DNA of 64,000 nt from Chara braunii (Eukaryota > Plantae > Charophyceae): positions 3,256,565 to 3,320,564 of the forward strand of contig BFEA01000019.1 of assembly GCA_003427395.1 (NCBI GenBank), read 5' to 3'. Below the pieces are notes generated by a model. The model made no database searches and was not told the origin of the DNA. It saw nothing but the letters and a program-made list of their open reading frames with translations. The position numbers and the translations under genes were made by a program. Shown here one piece after another: positions 34,230 to 48,588 of this stretch (its first letter is position 1; every line of letters begins with the position of its first letter).

Positions 34230-37200
34230 CTTACGCCCTGATGGCTCTCAGAAATCTCTCAGGTTTCTTTATTTCGTTTTTTCATGAGTTTTTTTGCCTA
34301 ATTGGAATTTTGAACATTGAATTTTGCAGACGTTTTAGTGGGGATAGGACGTCGGAGGTTATGGCTGGAACTTTGGTAGGCAGGGGATTTTTGAGACTCC
34401 AGGGTACAGACATACGGTAGTTACCCACAGCAGGTCTGAGATCCGTCTGGCCTAAGTAAGGGAACAAGCCAGGGGAAGGATGGTAGGACTGTCAGTCTGG
34501 GCTCCGCCTGGCCTTGGGTAAGCTAGGGGAAGGAGAGATAGGGCTGGCCAGTTGTGGGTATAGACTACTAGTTAGCTGTCCCCGAAAAATTAACCCAGGG
34601 GTCTGTTATAGGGGAGCCTTATTCTACAGGGGTGTTGCATGGCGGGAGGCAGTAGCCCTATTGGGAGTAGGGCAGATTGGCGATTGTCTGAGTCTGGGGC
34701 CGGGGTTGGAGAGTTGGTCGCCTTCAACCCCAGCGGGGGCAGACAGGGACAAGGGGTGGGCAAAGGCAGCCTCTAGGAGGGGATTGGTTCCCTCCGCGGA
34801 TGAGGTGGATGGAGGGGAGGGGATCTGTTCTATGTTGGGGCCGAGGGATTTTCCTCGGTGGAGGCAACATGAGACAGGGTACAGTGGGTATGGATTGGTT
34901 TGAGCTGTGACCAATGGAAGCGTATCCTTTTCATGATCTAATAAACTCAATGTGTCAGAAAAGATCTGATAATTTCGATACAGTTCAATACTTCAAAACC
35001 AGCCATCGGCTGGTCTTCTTCTTTATTTAGGATATAGGAATTCAGGGATGGTCGAACCTAGACTGATAACTGCTGAAGTTGCTTTGTTCTGTGCTCCTGG
35101 ATTGCCGATGCCAGAACAACGCTGGCCGGAGCCGGGGCATAGCCCTGTAACTTGCAATTGGCAGGGGTGGGAGGCCTTGTAGAGAGATCTGGGGTTTGCT
35201 GAGGGAGGAAAGCAAGCCAATGGTGAACCAGGGGGGGCTACCTTGACAACTTATGGGGTGGGGTTAGTCTGGGTAGTGAGAAGAGATCAGCTATGGCAGT
35301 GGGGCGATAGGTTTGTCTTGTTCCTGAGTTGCAATATCCTGGTAAGGGAGGGCTTGGAGTTGTTCAGGATTAGGAGTCCAGTATGGCTGANNNNNNNNNN
35401 NNNNNNNNNNNNNNNNNNNNNNNNNNNNNNNNNNNNNNNNNNNNNNNNNNNNNNNNNNNNNNNNNNNNNNNNNNNNNNNNNNNNNNNNNNNNNNNNNNNN
35501 NNNNNNNNNNNNNNNNNNNNNNNNNNNNNNNNNNNNNNNNNNNNNNNNNNNNNNNNNNNNNNNNNNNNNNNNNNNNNNNNNNNNNNNNNNNNNNNNNNNN
35601 NNNNNNNNNNNNNNNNNNNNNNNNNNNNNNNNNNNNNNNNNNNNNNNNNNNNNNNNNNNNNNNNNNNNNNNNNNNNNNNNNNNNNNNNNNNNNNNNNNNN
35701 NNNNNNNNNNNNNNNNNNNNNNNNNNNNNNNNNNNNNNNNNNNNNGTGCTAAACGGGCGGGAAAAAAAAAGAAGAAAGAAAAAAGTGCGGGGTCGCCAGG
35801 GTGGTCTGCAGTTTCTGCCTGTTCAGCTGATTCCATCAGCTGTCAGATGATTAGATGGGCTGCTTTTCTCAAAAAAAAAAAAAAAAAAAAAAAAAACGAT
35901 CAGATGATCACCTATGGTCGCCTCTTCAATCTCTCCGTGTGGCATAAGAACAAAAAGTGTGTGGTCCAGAGCGGAGCGGATTAGTTTGAGAATCCGTTTC
36001 TCTCGGATTGTTCGCCGAATGATCTTATTTATACACAGTTCCATGATTTTTGGCTCCAGGGCCTTCAGCCTCAGCGGATCATTCAATATTATACCCTTGT
36101 GCACCATAAAAGGTACCCATTATTATAATTATTACATTAAGCGCCGTGTGAGCACTACGTCCCGGTCTGAAGCCATGTGAAATAAGTGGCAAAGCGGATG
36201 ATCAGTCAGGAATCAAACTCAGGTTCGTTGGTGTTAGCGGTGTTATCAGCACCATTAGCACTGATGGGGGCTTTTGTTATTAAAAAAAAAAAAAAAAAAC
36301 ATTTGGCCAGACATGAGCGAGCCCCTGATGGGTAAAAAATTAAAAATTAAAAATCACAATCCTGCTTCCTTGCAGGTGGACGAAGATATCGGATGGGTGG
36401 TCGAACGGACCAGCACGAGTGAGGTTGACGATACAACAGAGGGACAATCCATGACATCGGAACGCCCGTGGGAGAGGCCTGCTGGAGGCACAAAAGCACA
36501 CCGAGAGAACATCGTTGTCATCCCAACCAACCGACTTCCTTCCACAGAAGATCATGTCATCATCACTGTTGGAAAGGTGAGGATATTACCTCCTGACTTT
36601 AAAAAAAAAACAAAAAAAAAAAAGGCAAAGGAAACGGGAAACGCAAGCATATTACCTCGTGGCCTCTCTTCACCCTGAGAAAAACGCGGAACTCAAAAGT
36701 CTTACTGAAAGAAAGTCTGCGTGTTGTGCGATGCAGTGATGGTGGGAAGGACCCAGCATATCGTGTATCTTGTTGGGAGTTGGTCCCGCACGAAAGGGCA
36801 CTTTTCCGTATGCCTTTCCAAGTCTCACTTCCGTTTACTTCCCTCTTCGTCTGCAATCGTGTCACTTTTTTTTTTAATCTTGGTTCTGAATCATGTGCAT
36901 GGGTGTTCGGTTTCCAACTTCCCACATGTGGCCCCCCCCACAGGTATGTCCCACATGTGTGTCTTCCGATGTAATGCAAAATGTGTACGATCGTAATTCG
37001 ATGATTGTGTGTTTCAAAATGGTCATCTGGACAAAAAAAAAAAAAAAAAAAAAAAAAAAAGAAGAAGAAGAAGAAGCTGATGGCCAACAGACTCAAAGAG
37101 ATTACCGATCACTGCTTCCACATAGATCAAACGGGGTTCATACCTTTTTTTTATTGTCATTATAGTTTTTTTTTTTAAAAAAAAAGGTATGTCCTGTCCA

Positions 37201-37249
37201 GATTTGACAGGTAATTGAATTGGTTGGGCTTAAAGAATTTGCCTTAAAA

Positions 37250-40170
37250 AAAGAAAAAAACACAGGGTTCATACCGGGAAGATTCATCCTTCACAATGCC
37301 ATGACGCTCTCCGAGTCCATCAGGCACATCAGGGACAAGAGACTGGATGCAGCCATCCTCTTCTTAGGGACTTTGAGAAGGCCTACGACCAAGTCAATTG
37401 GAATTTCCAGCAGCAGTGCATGGGAAAAAATGGGTGTGGGACCTAATTTTCCGCGCTGGGTCAGGGTACCGTACAACAATGCACATGGCAAGGTGCAGCT
37501 CAACGGTTTTTTTTGTCGGAGGCCTATAAGATGTCCAGGTCCGTCGGGCAGGGAAAACCCCTTGGCAGCCCCACTCTTTCTTGTTCACGAAGGAGGCAAT
37601 ATCCTACTTTCTAAGAAAAGACTCGTCCATAGACCGGCTCGTTGAGGACCACACAGCCGAGGGTAGGCGAATCTCTCTCCCCAACACGATGCATTTCACG
37701 GATGATCTCACTGTCCTGATAAGGGCCTCGGACGAGGCGCTCACCCGTGCGAGCTCACCCATGCGATTCAGGCGTTCCAGCTGGAAGCCAAGATTCGCAG
37801 CACTTGGACAAAGACCATGGCCTGGTGGCTAGCGGCGGGAGGCGACCTACCCACGCCCAGATCCTCACCGCTACAACTGCAGTGGCAGAAAAACGACGAG
37901 ACTTCGGAAGTGCTCGCCAAGACGCTTAACAAGATGGAGAGGGATTTTTTTATTTTATTTTTTTCACGCTGCTACGCTAGGAGGGGCGATATGAGCACAC
38001 CCCCTCCTCGCGGGCCGCCTCGTTGCTCCAATGTGGTCAGCAGCACCTGCTGGAAAACGGGTCCAGCGTCCCACCGAACATCTCAAGTGCCGCGTAAATT
38101 CACTGTGTCACCTGCCAGGATTGATTGCCTCTGTTAGAAATTACCAGGGATTGACTGTTGCAGGCACCGCCAAACATAACCGGACCGGATAACAAGGTGC
38201 TATGCCTGCGAAAAATAACCAGATAGCAAGATGCTATAGGTAGGTAGCCACCTCTTCAGCTCCAAATGAGCCATCCATCTTCGTCTCCTTAGAGACCCCG
38301 CCCTTCCTTTTCCAGTCCTGCGTTCGCCCAGCCACCAGTGCAGGTGCCCAGCGGTTCTCCAAGCTGCTCTACCCACTCGCTGCCCTGTGTTCCTCGAACC
38401 GCTGCTTGTCGACGTTCGCTTACCCTGCACCGTACCATTGCATGTCCACCATAGACAGTTGGTGGGGGCGGGAATGGGTCCGGGAACTCCGAGGGTGGAG
38501 AGGGGATCTACACCTCTGTTTTTGCAAGAGCCCTTATTCTCAACGCATCATTCTTCTCCATATTGGGGTACTCAGAAATGTGTAGCTCGAATAGCGGACT
38601 GTGCCAGCTGGCTGCTGGCCAGAGCAGCTGCTTACCTTTGGTCAGCGGAGCCCTCCCGCCAGAGTGTCCTACCCAGAGTGGCTTGGAAGCATGCGGTGCT
38701 CCCGAAGGAGGACGGCTGCCAAGTAGGTGTCAATGCCGCGTCATTGACCCAGACCGCCAGATGAGAGCACTACAGAGGAAGTGGATAATTAAACTCTTCT
38801 CGCAGTCTCACCTCACGTGGCACGCGCTGGCCATCCAACAGATCATCAAGTTGCCCAAGCACGCCACAGCGCACAACATGCAAGGCCTGTTTTGGCTTAT
38901 GGCGTGATTGTGGACGGCGACCGGATCCCGGGAAAGCTCGAAGCCATGGCCATACCTTATCTCCGTTTGTAGAGATGTAACACGGGCAAAGGTGAGGCGA
39001 CCCAAGTGCAGAGAGGAGGTCCTGCGCCAACCGCTGTTTTGCAATCAGTGGATGGTAGGCAGGCATGGCACGCCATGGACGATTACAACGACGGACACGA
39101 GATGGGGATCGTGGCTAGAGAAAGGAGTTTGGCAAATAAAGCATATCTGGCAAGAAGAGCAGCACCGGTGGAACACGTATGCAGAGCTCAGAGCAGCACT
39201 GTCGGGCTGCCATAACCTTCAAGCCAACTACAACGCATGTTGCTGTGCATACCGCTGGAGTGGGGAACCCCGTTGAGAGAGCTGAGCAACTGGGTGCCAG
39301 GGGAGTGGGCCCCCCTGCTGGACGAGTACCCCCCCCCCCTGATGGCCCTCGCCTTTATCACCCGGGCTTCTTCGGATGGAGCACATGGCTCCTCTTCGAT
39401 ATGCACCGCATTAGTAACCCGGTAGTACGTGCAGACTGCTGTCTGAGACTGCCTTCGCCCAAATAGCGATAAAGGAGAATCGATCACGTAAGGTCAGAGT
39501 CATGGAGAATGTAGAGCGTAACCACCGACAACGCCTCGGCCGCGCAGCAAAACCTCGAAGTAGACCCGGCGGAGTGGGCATGGAGACTGTGGCACTGGCA
39601 GAACGGCCCTGTTACGCATGTGAACTAGTTGCAGTACACCACGAGGGTAGGGTACAGGCTGGGATGCTGCTCGATGCCATTGGCTGACATCATTATTTCT
39701 AGATGGGCAAGGCATTGCGGTAGTATTGACCTTCGCACACGGCTGGCCCCATTGTGGATCTCACTCTTGGCAATACGGGATGCGCGCATTAGGAGCATGC
39801 AGTGGCTGATGGCGCACGTGGCGCTTCCGGTCGGGAAGTAGCTAACTAAGTGCACAGAACAGCACAGATGGATCTTTGCTCTGTGTGCAACACGGGCCAG
39901 GTGGACGACATAGGACATTGCTTGCTCTCCTGCCCGGACATGCAGCAGATATGGAACAGCACGGTCTCCTGGGGGCACACCATTACCAGTGCTGCCATCC
40001 CCCCCCTCGAGCCCCGGATCCTCCTGCCCAGCTCGGGTGACAGGCACGAAACATATCGGTACACCCTCTTTCAAAGACTTCACCCGCCGACCCTCTGGAC
40101 GATATGGAAGAGAAGGTGCACCGCTGTCCTGCAGTGAGAGCAGGAGTCAGTGCAACAAGCGCGGGAGCAG
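37250..40170 (+). mobile_element. Decayed L1/Tx1-type LINE ORF2 (reverse transcriptase to zf-RVT), frameshifted and interrupted
   Basis: GFIPGRFILHN...AAILFL/DFEKAYDQVNWNF, RQG.PLAAPLFL, HFTDDLTVL (YADD box), VAWKHAVLPK..MRALQRKWIIKL, and CSVCNTGQVDDIGHCLLSCP..LWTIWKRR. Confidence 0.9.
37946..38495 (-). mobile_element. Nested 5'-truncated retroposed insertion inside the LINE
   Basis: Poly(T) at the left end, module A/B at 38025-38072, and flanking near-TSD TGGAGAGGG(G)AT (37935-37945 / 38496-38507). The host ORF2 motifs resume after it. Confidence 0.7.
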
Positions 40171-40171
40171 C

Positions 40172-40740
40172 TACAGGTACGTTGTATTCGAATACAATGT
40201 ATGTACGTTATAGAATGAGTTTTGGGGTGCAACTTTTCAGAAGCCTCTAGTACCGCCATTGGTTTTATTTTTATCTTAAATTTGGTTGGGAATTTCGCCA
40301 AGACCCTCAGGCAAAAGTTGTTTGCATTGCAATGTTGTACAACATACTTTTTTTTTCGGATTTTTTACTGAAGTTTTGTTTTATCGAAATTCTGAAAAAA
40401 TCAGTAAAAAACATTTTCATCCTCGTTTTTATTTTTTTCTCGAATTTTCTCGTGCATGTCGATTAGACCCCCTCAGGCAAATGTTGTTTGTATTCCATTG
40501 TTGTATAACATTTTATTTTTTTTTCGGATTTTTTTATTATTTTTGAAAAATCGAAGTTCCAAAAATTCGAATACAACATATGTCTGTTGTATTCGAATAC
40601 AACGTACGTACGTTATATTCGAATGCACGTTATATTCGAAAGTACGTTCGATTCCGGGAAAAACAAGCTATTTCTGAAAACCCGATTTCCAGAGGTGATT
40701 CGAATATAACGTACGTACGTTTTTGTTCGGGTTAAGAAGG
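40172..40740. mobile_element. ~570-bp family A-related non-autonomous DNA transposon
   Basis: Many TATTCGAATA(C/T)AACG repeats as in 29268-29481; ends TGTTCGGGTTAAGAAGG|TAG. Confidence 0.65.
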
Positions 40741-40840
40741 TAGCCTCACTTGAAGCAGAGTACCGGGTGGACTGGTGCCGAGGTAAGCACATAGCCTCAC
40801 TTGAAGCAGAGTACCGGGTGGACTGGTGCCGAGGTAAGCA
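40741..40840 (+). repeat. 51-bp-period exact tandem duplication
   Basis: TAGCCTCACTTGAAGCAGAGTACCGGGTGGACTGGTGCCGAGGTAAGCA occurs twice. Confidence 0.9.
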
Positions 40841-43800
40841 ACGGATGGTGAAACACTAGGGATAAAGCATCACTGATCCAGAGGTAATTCTCTGTCAAAC
40901 TACTAGGGGAGGGAAGAATAGGTCGACTAGCTGGAGACAAGCTCCGTCTCCGATGGTCGGGACGTTAGGGAGAGCAGCAAAGGGGCTGGAAACAGGCCAT
41001 ACCGTGCTAGAGTAGAGTGTAACCTGGCCCATCTGTGACAGGGAGCCGACGGCGAGACTCTTCTTTCCTTTTCTTTAACATTCACAAAATATGCAGAAAA
41101 AAAAAAAAGAAAAAAAAAGGTCATGTGAATGCTTTTGTAACCTTAATAAAGAGAGAAGGAGACGAGCAATAGATGTATCAGTTTTGTGCTGATGTGGAAT
41201 TTGTATGGGTTGCTCGTGTGTTGGTGAACTTGGTGATACAAGCCCCCGCATGGATTCTTTTCTTTTGCTTGGTGGTTTAGGGTCCTTGCATGCACTCTCG
41301 AAGGAGATGAGAAACGTATCAATCGTCAAATTTGGGACCCTCAAATTTGTGTGGTGCCCCGAACCCAGTGGGCAGCACAGGCCAAGGCACCCGTACTAGG
41401 CACGGGACAAAAGTCTTCGCTCCACCTGAGTCAAAAGTCTAGCACGTTGATTGTTATGTTGGCCACTAGCCCGCTCGAGCCTGTTGTTGCTCAGTATACG
41501 TACACTAGTAGCACTCTATGTATCTCTACATAGCACGGACTCTACCTTCAGAATACAATAATAAAAGGTAGGGGTAACTTCAGTAGAGTCACAAAAACGA
41601 TTTATAATTGCACCGTGGGGCAAGATCCAGGTTGCAATTGCACTTCTGACACCCTAGCTGGCCAGAAAGCTGGATTGTATACATTGCCCGAACTGCATGT
41701 CGAAACTGTATCTTGGCCCATATTGCAATTAATAACTCATTTTTTAGACTCCCGTGCAGTTTCCCCTAAAAGGTATCAACTGATTAGCGTTTTCCGACTT
41801 TTTCCAGCCATTGGATCACACACGATTAGATGGCAAATGACACAACACCGACTTATTGGTTGAGTGATCCGTCTCATTGGTGGTAGGTTGTATGTTCATT
41901 CCTAGTGACCCACTGCATATCTTGGGCTTCGTTTTCTGTTTTTTGTTTTGTTTTGTTTTGTTTTTGGGCTACTCACAGGACCCACTGCTACGTACCTCAT
42001 CTTTCTGCTTGATCTTGGGCTTCTTGTATATTGGTTGGCAAGCAACCCCAAATTCTGAACAGAAAATGGGATGAGGAAGAAAAAACCCTTATGATAGCAT
42101 CTGACGCACAGGTGGACTTCAAGGCGTGACCTGCCGTGTACCTACCGATCTAACGCACCAATGAGCATCATCCTCATCCCTTCCAATGGATGCCAAAACA
42201 CTCGGTATTACCCCCAACAGAGCGTACGGATGCTGTGTCTCGCCTCACCACTCCCCAAACAGAATTTGCTCAACCATTAACCAAACGCCAAATTGCCCAC
42301 CACGGTGAATGCTTCTGAACAATCAAAAACCCAATCGTCCTTCGTCCACCGTCTCACCAAAGGTTGTGCCGCTTCGGTTGGTCACGGAGGTGGGCAGGCA
42401 GGCGCAGACTCACCACGTTTGGTCAGCCGGTGGAGCGAGGCCGGTTGGGGGGGCGGGGGGAAGGAGAGGGAATGGCGGCCACGGTGAGCCCTCGCCACGG
42501 CCCGCTCAGCACATAACAAAGCTGGTCACTCTGATGGGGTGGGCATGGTCAGCCGGTGGAGCGAGGCCATATAACCATGTCCGTTCAAATATTTATCATC
42601 AGATGGAAGGATGCTTGTTTTGAACCAGCCTCACCACTACGGAGTAACTGCAGTTCAAACTGTAAAAGTGTGCCCTTCCGTCACAAAAGAGCATCATCCA
42701 TCATAATCTCATTCCATCCACTGGTTAAACCAAGCTTCACACCACCACATGATATTCCATCCATCGGCCAAACCAAGCTTCAAATCACCAGGTTCTCCCT
42801 GCGAGCCAAGCTGTGCCCAAACACCAGCATGATTTCCTTTTTTTTTTCTTTTTTTGTCTTTTTTTTGCCTGGTGCCCACCACCCATTTCGACCTGGTAGC
42901 CATGTTCATCCGAACTCTTCAGAATGTCGCGTTTGCAATTTTTCGGTGATGCCGGGGGAAAGGTAGTGGTGGTTTAGAGCCACCAGGACCTGGTCGGCTA
43001 ACCCCTACGCACCCGCTAGTTAACAGAGTGCCGCAGCTATGTTAAGCCCACGGGAGGCAAGCAGTCCACCCCAGACAAAAAGCAGGGTGAGGGGGGAAGA
43101 GTTTCCCAACTGTGACTTTTTGTTTCCCATTTGCAATCACTGACAAAACTACAGAAGATTACAAAAAAAAAAAAAAAAAAAAGAAGGAAAGAAAGAAAGA
43201 AAGAAAGAAAAGAAGGGGAAAATCAGTAAAGAAAAACACCATGGCAATGGAGCCGGCCACTACCGTCTTTCCCCGAACACAACGCACACCTCATTTTTGT
43301 CTGTATCTGGTCACAAAGATAGTTCGCTCGTTAGACACGCACAATTGAAATTTTCCCATCGACTGTTCGTCGATGTTCAAAGGCCACAAAGCGAGAGCAC
43401 CTGGAGGAGCTGATAAGAAGAGAATAGTATTACCATCCACTCTACAAATGCGACAAGAGAGAACCTTTCAGAGATACTCTTAGTGCTATAACCACTACAG
43501 TACATCTCCCACTGACTGCCCAGACACGACGTACCATTCATTATTATGGGAAGCCAACCTTTCCAAGAGTACCCTGCCGCCCCATGCCGTTTTGCACAAA
43601 AGCCGTCCAGGCAAACGAGGCCATGCCTGCAACCTTTTTGCCTGGAAGAATATTTGAGCAAAACAGCATGTGGCCACAGTCACTGCCTTTCAAGTTCCAC
43701 TCTCCCTGAGCCGTCTTTAAAAACACATCGTCACCAAAAATAGAAAACATGTTCATCCCCCCCCCCCCTCCTTTCCCCCCCTCGCAACCAACTTTGCCCT

Positions 43801-46800
43801 TTTCCTTCATGCAAACAACAGCCTCGCCACAACCCCAAAGATCCCACACCCGAGGTTCTGCCCGACCGTCGACATTGCCTGACCTGTGCCAAATGCCTGA
43901 GACTTCAAAATAACGCTTGGCTGCTAGACACGTAGAATTCCTCGGGTGTCAAACGATACCCATGTGCAAGATCCACACCAGTGATGGATCAAGCATCGGG
44001 TTCCTCTGATCGAAAAAAAAAAAAACAGAAAAAAAAAAGAACGGAACAACAACACCGACACAGGACACGCTTTTTGGCCGATGCCACCGCCAAACTTTCT
44101 GGGCCCGTGTCCCCGAGCCTCCACAATTTTCGAACTGACTCAAATATTTCCATTCAAGATCACCTGCTCTACTTACTTCAGACCTTATCACCCACCATTT
44201 CATAGCCTTTACATCACCAAAGGAGTTCTTCTGTCCATAGGTCTTGCAAAGGACGACCGGATGCTCTGCCATTATGCACAGCCCCCATTACTTGTGTTCC
44301 AGCATGACCATGGGAAGCCGTGGTGGTGTAATAAATAATAAATACATTATTTGAAAGAAACGAGAAGCGCATGCATTGCTTGCAACTTACTGCTGCCTCC
44401 ACAAAAAAAAACCACGACCGCAACTCCTGCTGACGTAACAAAAAAAAACACGATGGCATGCAGCACTGTCTACTCGCTCGTCCAACCATAACAGTTCGTT
44501 CTTTTTTTGTTTTTTTTTTCTTGCACAGGGCCCATGCTAATCTTCCGTCTCTGTATCGTTCCAATTTTAACGGATGTCCCGACGTACACCGTAACAGTTT
44601 AGTTATGGCATTCAGTTTAGTTATGGCATTCGGCCTCGAGCACTTGCCCTCCACTAGCTTCCTCCCCCAAACACGACATATGGCCATTATATCTGTTTTG
44701 GGGGCACATGTCCGTCTAAATACAGCTAAGACGACCTTACCGTATTCATAGAGGGGACGCAGGTGGCGGAAGCATTTAAAAAAAGACCGCCAATAACCTT
44801 TTAATTTAAAATAAAGGCACCACCAGAAATTCCTTCACAACTCAGCTTTTCATTCGAGGGCACAGAATGCTCCTCTTTTACGCATTTGCCGCAGACTGCA
44901 GACAGGCAACAGCCTCATCGCTGAGAAGGCCAAGCGTCCGTGACACAGATCTTTTTCTTTTCTTTTTGGTACACACCACCAGTGCTCGGCCCAGCTATCA
45001 GTCAGCCGTGGAAAATAATATAGTAGAAGCGTCGTTTCCAGTCGGATGAATTTGGGCGCTCCTATAGTGGCCCGTACGTTTCCTAAACTTGCGGACTGTT
45101 CACTAAACGGGCACGGCTTTGGAAATACTCCTACCGGTAGTGATAGCATCACCTCATCAGCCCAAGGCGGTATACTGATGCCCTCTCTATTCTATTCGTG
45201 AGGAGAAGCACATGCTGGAAAGCGGGCAGAGCATCCCGTGTAAGATATTAATAGACATTTGGGAAAGGGGGGGGGGAGGGGGGAGGGTGCAAGGATCGCT
45301 CTGGGGAAGACCCCATGATTGACACCCTGCTGTACTGCATCGCGTATGCACTGGTAGTCATGACTCGAGACTTGGAACTTGCTACCTCCTGGGGAGCATG
45401 CAACACTTTGCAAGTACTAGCTGAACGTGAGAGAAATGGCTTTCTATGAAGCGTAGAAAAGGTTCGAATGCGACAGGGTTGTGTTTGGGTTATCACAACC
45501 TTTAACACATGGTTTGAAATATAAATGATAATCGCCGGTCAGACCAAGGGCACAGCAGATAACAGAGTCCACTTCTCCCTGTGATCTCTCTCTCCCCACT
45601 TGTGCTCACTTCGTCTCAGCTCTCGGGGGCCAACAGTTGAGGAATGTTTTGTTCAGCAGATCGTTTCTCCAGTAGTTGAAGGGCCTGCATCGGCTTCTTC
45701 CGTCTTCACTTGCAATAGAGCACATTGTTTACAACATCCGTAGGATGTCTCAGCCGGCAGCCACCTTCGGTTTCGCCACTGCTCACAACCGGAAGAGCCA
45801 CCCCATTGCGGTTTCAGGTGTTTTAAAAGGGGTAGGATTGTACTCGGGGACACCTGAGTATGGCTCAGTTGCCGTATACATGGTGTTGAGGCGAGCGTTC
45901 AGGCAACAAAGGGGCCAGCCAGGGGGGAGGGAAGGATGGGGGTCGAGGATCGAAGTGCCGCGTTCGGAGTGGGTGGCTGTACCCAGGGTGCGATACATGG
46001 ACTAGAGGAGGCAGTACACACTAACATCCCCCTACTTTGTTGAGAGGCTGGGAAGCGGATCCGGGCAGGGTGTCTTTGTGCCCAGGACTCCTAAAAGACT
46101 CGGCCTTTAGGCATTTTCATCGAGCTGAACCCCCCTACGCAATTCACAAGTACGTTCATTGGTTAATTTCTCTGCATCTGGATTCGAACTTCGGGGGGCT
46201 GTATTTCAGCAGTTCAGGGGCGTGCCTATACTGAGTTAGGCCCCGTTAGTTGTTGACCGTTTTTCTTTTGCTTCACAGATATGGCGGTATCTTTGAAAGA
46301 CTGGAAGACGCGAGTTTTTGCTCCATGGTCTGCTGCTTTTGTTAGCTGCCAGGCCTCATGGATTCTTTATGGTGATTGCGCCGTCTGCCTCTCTCTGCCA
46401 CCGCCTCAAGGAACCCTTGCGTTCGTCCCTCCCTCTCTCTCTCATTAGGAGCCATCTTCCTTTCCAGATTGCCGTGAGCATCTACAACCAAAGTATATTG
46501 GCGCAGGTCATCCTGGAAAACAGGTCAGCTGCTCGGGGGAATTCCTGCTGTTCCCCACAGCACAAAAAATCCCATGTCCCAGGGACAGTAAGTTCCAGTG
46601 AGGACATACGCCACGTCGCCCTCTAAAACGCGACATCTGTCACTGCACCGGGCATTCCATTAGACTGCTGCATCGTCGCGGCGCGACACAGTATCAGCAG
46701 ATAGGAGAGAGCAGGCACTTCCATCTATGCGCGAGAGGCCAGCCAGTCAGTCATGAATGGGTCGACAACGAACACTACTTGCCATTGGACAGCTTGGTGC

Positions 46801-47362
46801 GCTACACTTCACGGCGCACTCCTCTTGCAGTCCTGCTCGGCCAGCCTACCACGTCTCGAAGGATGAGTGAGTTGCTTGCCCTGTGACAGGCCGATACATC
46901 CAGCTAGGCGAGGCACGTGCACCGTCGTGTTCTCACAAAAAAGGGCCGCAGACGTAAGGGGCGTATAAAGGGATTTCTCTAGATCAAATGGAATGGAGCC
47001 AGACCGGCTAGCGTCGTGTCCTCTACCTATATAGTCTATCTCAGCACCGAGATTGTTCCAAGCAGAGCGGCTCCGCATCCTCGCTGACTAATTGACCATT
47101 AGCCATGTGTTGTGCACGATGACGATGCCTTTAATCACGCCATTAATGCCAACCTGCATTGCACGAAAAGTTTCACCGTGGAACAATTTCACACGGTGAA
47201 CAGTTCTTACCACGCAGGCAATCAGAGTTACGGACGGCTCAGGGAACACGAATTGGAGGGGTCCCCTGCTATATTGGGCATAATCAGAGGACGAACTTCC
47301 CTGCTTTCCGGATTCTGCACATAGCTAATTGGAGAGAAGTGCACATTTCCAACTCAAAACTA

Positions 47363-47466
47363 CCGTCCTCCCCGAATAATACGCCCGGTCATTATCGCTG
47401 CATCTGGACTGAAAGTTAGCCAAATGCAGCTAAAATGACCGGGCGTTCTATTCGGGTGAAGACGGG
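47363..47466. mobile_element. MITE family A copy
   Basis: CTA|CCGTCCTCCCCGAATAATACGCCCGGTCATT...AATGACCGGGCGTTCTATTCGGGTGAAGACGG. Confidence 0.85.
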
Positions 47467-47745
47467 TAACATGGCAACGTTGCCTGCTACCGGTAGTTCA
47501 CCTGCAAACTCGCTTTCATCCACTTTTAATAGTCCGGAATATACCTTAAAAATACTCACGCAGGAGTCCGCTCACCATGCCGAAATCTCACCTACCGTGC
47601 TTACGCATTCTGCAGCCTAATTTGCCGCTCAGATCGCATAATTTTTAACCTTTAAATTTTTAACCTAAGTGGGCCCGTTGCTAAGTTTGAGATTAGGGTG
47701 CATAGGTTAATTCGGCATGGTGAGCGGCAAATTAGGGTGCATAGG

Positions 47746-47780
47746 CTGTCTCTTATACACATCTAGATGTGTATAAGAGA
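47746..47780. other. Nextera mate-pair junction adapter (assembly artefact)
   Basis: CTGTCTCTTATACACATCT-AGATGTGTATAAGAGA (back-to-back Tn5 mosaic ends) next to NNN and a duplicated 41-bp flank. Confidence 0.97.
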
Positions 47781-48485
47781 NNNGGTTAATTCGGCATGGT
47801 GAGCGGCAAATTAGGGTGCATAGGCACCTCTCGTGCATAGTCCGGATAGGTTGGTTTTTTTCCTACCAAACCAACCTATGCACCCTAATTTGCCGCTCAG
47901 ATCGCATAATTTTTAACCTTTAAATTTTTAAACAATCAATCGAAACTAATAAAAAACCGTTCACTAAGCTCCGGATTCTAGTACTCTTCAGTATTGCGGG
48001 GTCGTCGATGAGTTGATATAATCATGACATTGGAAAGGATGAAGCGAACCTGGTCCAATTACCGCCCACTGGCAGATCGCCACGAAAGGGCTGACACGAG
48101 GGATATGTACGGGACGTACGTGTTTTTAGGATTCCATCCCTTCTAAACTTAATTAATTATTTATTAATCAAATCCCCCAAATGCCTAAAAACCTAACCGA
48201 CAGACTCACGCGGGCAGACACGTCTGATATTCACGTCCCATGCAGCTGTGTACCTTATAGTCGTCATATGCTGGCGATTCGGCTGCGGTGTTAAATGACC
48301 GGCATGGTTCCGTACTTTTACATATGCTTCGACTCACCGACCGCTCACTACTCTACTCGACACATAGAGCCGAGTAAACCGGATAGCTTCTTCTTTCGTT
48401 CCTTGTTCAAATTTAACATTTCATCTCCGAACTGAGTTGTCACCGTCGGAATTCAACGAACACCAAATGCGTAGACCGGAGACTA

Positions 48486-48588
48486 CCGTCTTCCCCCGAC
48501 CATAACGCACCATGATTCTGAATGAATACAGTATATTTCCGGTCAGGTACATCCAAATTGAGGATGCGTTGTGTTCGGAGGAAGACAG
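48486..48588. mobile_element. MITE family A subfamily copy
   Basis: CTA|CCGTCTTCCCCCGACCATAACGCA...TGCGTTGTGTTCGGAGGAAGACAG; matches 13817-13919. Confidence 0.75.

Noticed and set aside
42100-46250. Trp-rich short ORFs as host genes
   Set aside because: Fragmented by stops and A tracts. They are probably old LINE debris but lack diagnostic motifs for a confident call.
47746-47780. Tn5 transposon ends as horizontal transfer
   Set aside because: This is the exact engineered mosaic-end junction of Nextera mate-pair libraries, next to an N gap.
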